Source: Callorhinchus milii (Eukaryota). Taken from it: a stretch of DNA of 64,000 nucleotides. The stretch covers positions 26,476,001 to 26,540,000 of the forward strand of contig NW_024704742.1 in assembly GCF_018977255.1 (NCBI RefSeq). The letters are read 5' to 3'. This document shows, piece after piece, positions 62,012 to 64,000 of this stretch. The translations under genes were made by a program, and so were the position numbers. The notes beneath the pieces are model-generated. The model was not told the DNA's origin, ran no database searches, and saw nothing but the letters and a program-made list of their open reading frames with translations. Numbering within the stretch: position 1 is the first letter of the stretch; the number at the start of each line of letters is the position of its first letter.

Positions 62012-64000
62012 ACAACAACAACAACAACAACAAGATTCCATTTATAGAGCGCCTTTCACGTCAGGAGGACGTCCCAAGGCGCTGCACAGTTGGGTCATGA
62101 CCCGAGCAGGGGGGAAATGGTCAGGGTGAGGGGAGGGAAGGGAGGGAGAGAGGAGGGGGAAATGGTCAGGGTGAGGGGAGGGAAGGGAGGGAGCGAGGAG
62201 GAGGAAGAGAGTCGAGAGGGGAGCTGAAGGCACGGTCAAAGAGAAAGGTTTTGAGACCGGCCTTGAAGGAGGAAAGGGAGGAAGCAAGGCGAAGGCACTG
62301 GGGGATGGAGTTCCAGAGCCTCGGGGCTGAGAGGCTGAAGGCCCGACCACCGATAGTAGGGCGGTTGGGGCGGGGGACGTGGAGCAGACCGGAGCCAGAG
62401 GAACGGAGGGTACGGGCAGGTAGGTAGGGGGATAGTAGGTTGGAGAGGTAGGAGGGAGCAAGGCCGTGAATGGCCTTGTAGGTGAGGATGAGGATCTTGA
62501 AATCAATCCTCTGGGGGATGGGGAGCCAGTGGAGGCGAGCGAGGGTGGGAGTGATGTGGTCCCGAAGCCTGGTGCGGGACAGTACACGAGCTGCAGAGTT
62601 CTGAATGACCTGCAGCTTGTGGAGGGAGGTGGCGGGAAGGCCGGCGAGGAGAGAGTTCCCATAGTCCAGCCTTGAGGTGACAAAGGCGTGAACCAGGGTT
62701 TCAGCAGCGTGAGGGGTGAGGTAGTGCCGTAATCTGGCGATATTCCGGAGGTGATGGAAGGCGGTGCCAGTTGTGGTGCGGATGTGAGGGAGAAAGGACA
62801 GCTCAGGGTCGAACAAAACGCCGAGGTTCCTGACTGGCTTTGAGAGGTGGAGAGTGCAGCCTTGGATGCTGATGGTGTCAGCGCCTGAGGTGCGGAGGCG
62901 CTGACGTGAGCCAATCAGGAGGGCCTCGGTTTTTTGCACGTTGAGCTGAAGAAAGTTGTCTCTCGTCCAGGACTCGATGTCGGACAGGCAGGCTGTCAGG
63001 ACATCGGTGGTCGTGGAGTTGAGAGTAGAGGAGGAAAGGTAGAGTTGGGTGTCATCCGCATACATGTGGAAGTTAACCCCATGTTTGCGGATGATGTCAC
63101 CAAGGGGGAGCATATAGAGGGTGAAGAGGAGGGGACCGAGGACAGAGCCCTGAGGGACACCACATGAGACAGTACGGGGGGTGGAGGAGAAGCCATTCGT
63201 TGAGACGAAGTGAAGACGGTGAGAAAGGTACGACCTAAACCATTCAAGGACAGTGCCTTGAAAGTTGAGGTGGGAGGACAAGCGGTGGAGTAGGATAGTG
63301 TGGTCGACCGTATCGAATGCTGCCGATAGGTCGAGGAGGACGAGGAGACAGAGGGAGCCCTGGTCACAGATGGTCAGGATATCATTGGTGACCTTGACCA
63401 GGGCAGTTTCTGTGCTATGAGCAGCACGGAAACCTGACTGAAGGGGTTCAAAAAGAGAATGGGTGGAAAGGAAAGAGCGCAGTTGGGAGGCGACAACTCT
63501 TTCCAAGACCTTGGAGAGAAAGGGGAGGTTGGAGATGGGCCGGTAGCTTGATAGCTGCGACGCATCAAGGGAGGGTTTTTTCAGGGTGGGCGTGATGATG
63601 GCAGTTTTTAATGGAATGGGGACAGAGCCAGAGGAGAGGGACAGGTTTATGATGTCAGTGATGTGTGGGGCAAGAAAATGGAGCTGGGAGATAAGGAGTG
63701 GAGTGGGGATGGGGTCAAGGGAGCAGGTGGTTGGTTTTAGGGATAGGATGAGTTCAGTGACAGAGGGTGGGGAAACGGGTACGAAGGTGTGTAGGGGAGG
63801 ATGGGTAGGAGTCGGAGTGTGGGAGGGAAGGGGTGGGTGGTGGGTGGAAGTTGGAGGGGAAGTGACCGCGGAGCGGATTCCCTTGATCTTGGATTCAAGG
63901 AAATCCAGCATCTCCTCGCAGTGAAGGTTGGAGGAGATGACCTGCGCGGGGTGGCGGGGGGACGGAGGAGTCGGGATGTGGTGGAAAACAGTAGCCTGGG
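62012..64000 (-). mobile_element. Young L2-clade non-LTR retrotransposon, continues past the window edge
   Basis: Open ORF2, 3' UTR with tandem ~47-bp duplication (62109-62200), terminal hairpin 62049-62082 and (TTG)7 tail. Confidence 0.97.
62166..63911 (-). CDS. L2 ORF2 reverse transcriptase (partial, 581 codons without stop)
   Basis: [50 protein letters not shown] (63062-63051) and [10 protein letters not shown]. Apparent 1-nt frameshift upstream near 63956-63961. Confidence 0.93.
   Translation of the reverse strand: MLDFLESKIKGIRSAVTSPPTSTHHPPLPSHTPTPTHPPLHTFVPVSPPSVTELILSLKPTTCSLDPIPTPLLISQLHFLAPHITDIINLSLSSGSVPIPLKTAIITPTLKKPSLDASQLSSYRPISNLPFLSKVLERVVASQLRSFLSTHSLFEPLQSGFRAAHSTETALVKVTNDILTICDQGSLCLLVLLDLSAAFDTVDHTILLHRLSSHLNFQGTVLEWFRSYLSHRLHFVSTNGFSSTPRTVSCGVPQGSVLGPLLFTLYMLPLGDIIRKHGVNFHMYADDTQLYLSSSTLNSTTTDVLTACLSDIESWTRDNFLQLNVQKTEALLIGSRQRLRTSGADTISIQGCTLHLSKPVRNLGVLFDPELSFLPHIRTTTGTAFHHLRNIARLRHYLTPHAAETLVHAFVTSRLDYGNSLLAGLPATSLHKLQVIQNSAARVLSRTRLRDHITPTLARLHWLPIPQRIDFKILILTYKAIHGLAPSYLSNLLSPYLPARTLRSSGSGLLHVPRPNRPTIGGRAFSLSAPRLWNSIPQCLRLASSLSSFKAGLKTFLFDRAFSSPLDSLPPPRSLPSLPSP

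Noticed and set aside
62042..63924. Alternative-frame ORFs (290 aa, 123 aa and others) overlapping the LINE
   Set aside because: Pro/Ser-rich by-products of the C-rich L2 coding strand.
57358..64000. Next upstream PPP2R2C exon (DKTIKLWK...)
   Set aside because: No matching peptide or splice context found; it must lie beyond the window.

Overview
Vertebrate genomic DNA, most likely from a cartilaginous fish such as a shark or chimaera (inferred from the repeat complement). It holds two convergent protein-coding genes. WFS1 (wolframin, + strand) contributes the 3' part of its large terminal coding exon (<1..1007) and its 3' UTR. PPP2R2C (PP2A regulatory subunit B55-gamma, - strand) contributes its last five coding exons: 57357..57180, 45346..45182, 25994..25825, 24312..24221 and 19950..19659, spliced 897 nt = 298 aa + stop, all phases compatible. 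The intron 45347..57179 is a minor-spliceosome (U12-type, GT-AG) intron. The rest is intron or intergenic DNA rich in retroposons: a young L2-clade LINE with an open RT frame at the right edge, older L2, CR1 and L1-like fragments, DeuSINE-like SINEs, and a younger tRNA-headed SINE family that shares the L2 3' stem-loop. It also has a hAT-type MITE with an 8-bp TSD and unclassified palindromic repeats. I see no convincing wholly new protein-coding system. The most interesting signals are the U12 intron with its donor exon bracketed by inverted SINEs, the covarying LINE/SINE 3' hairpin, repeated nesting of young elements into old SINE tails with templated junction DNA, and substitutions in normally conserved B55 motifs. 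All homology calls are from recall, not database searches, and repeat boundaries are approximate.
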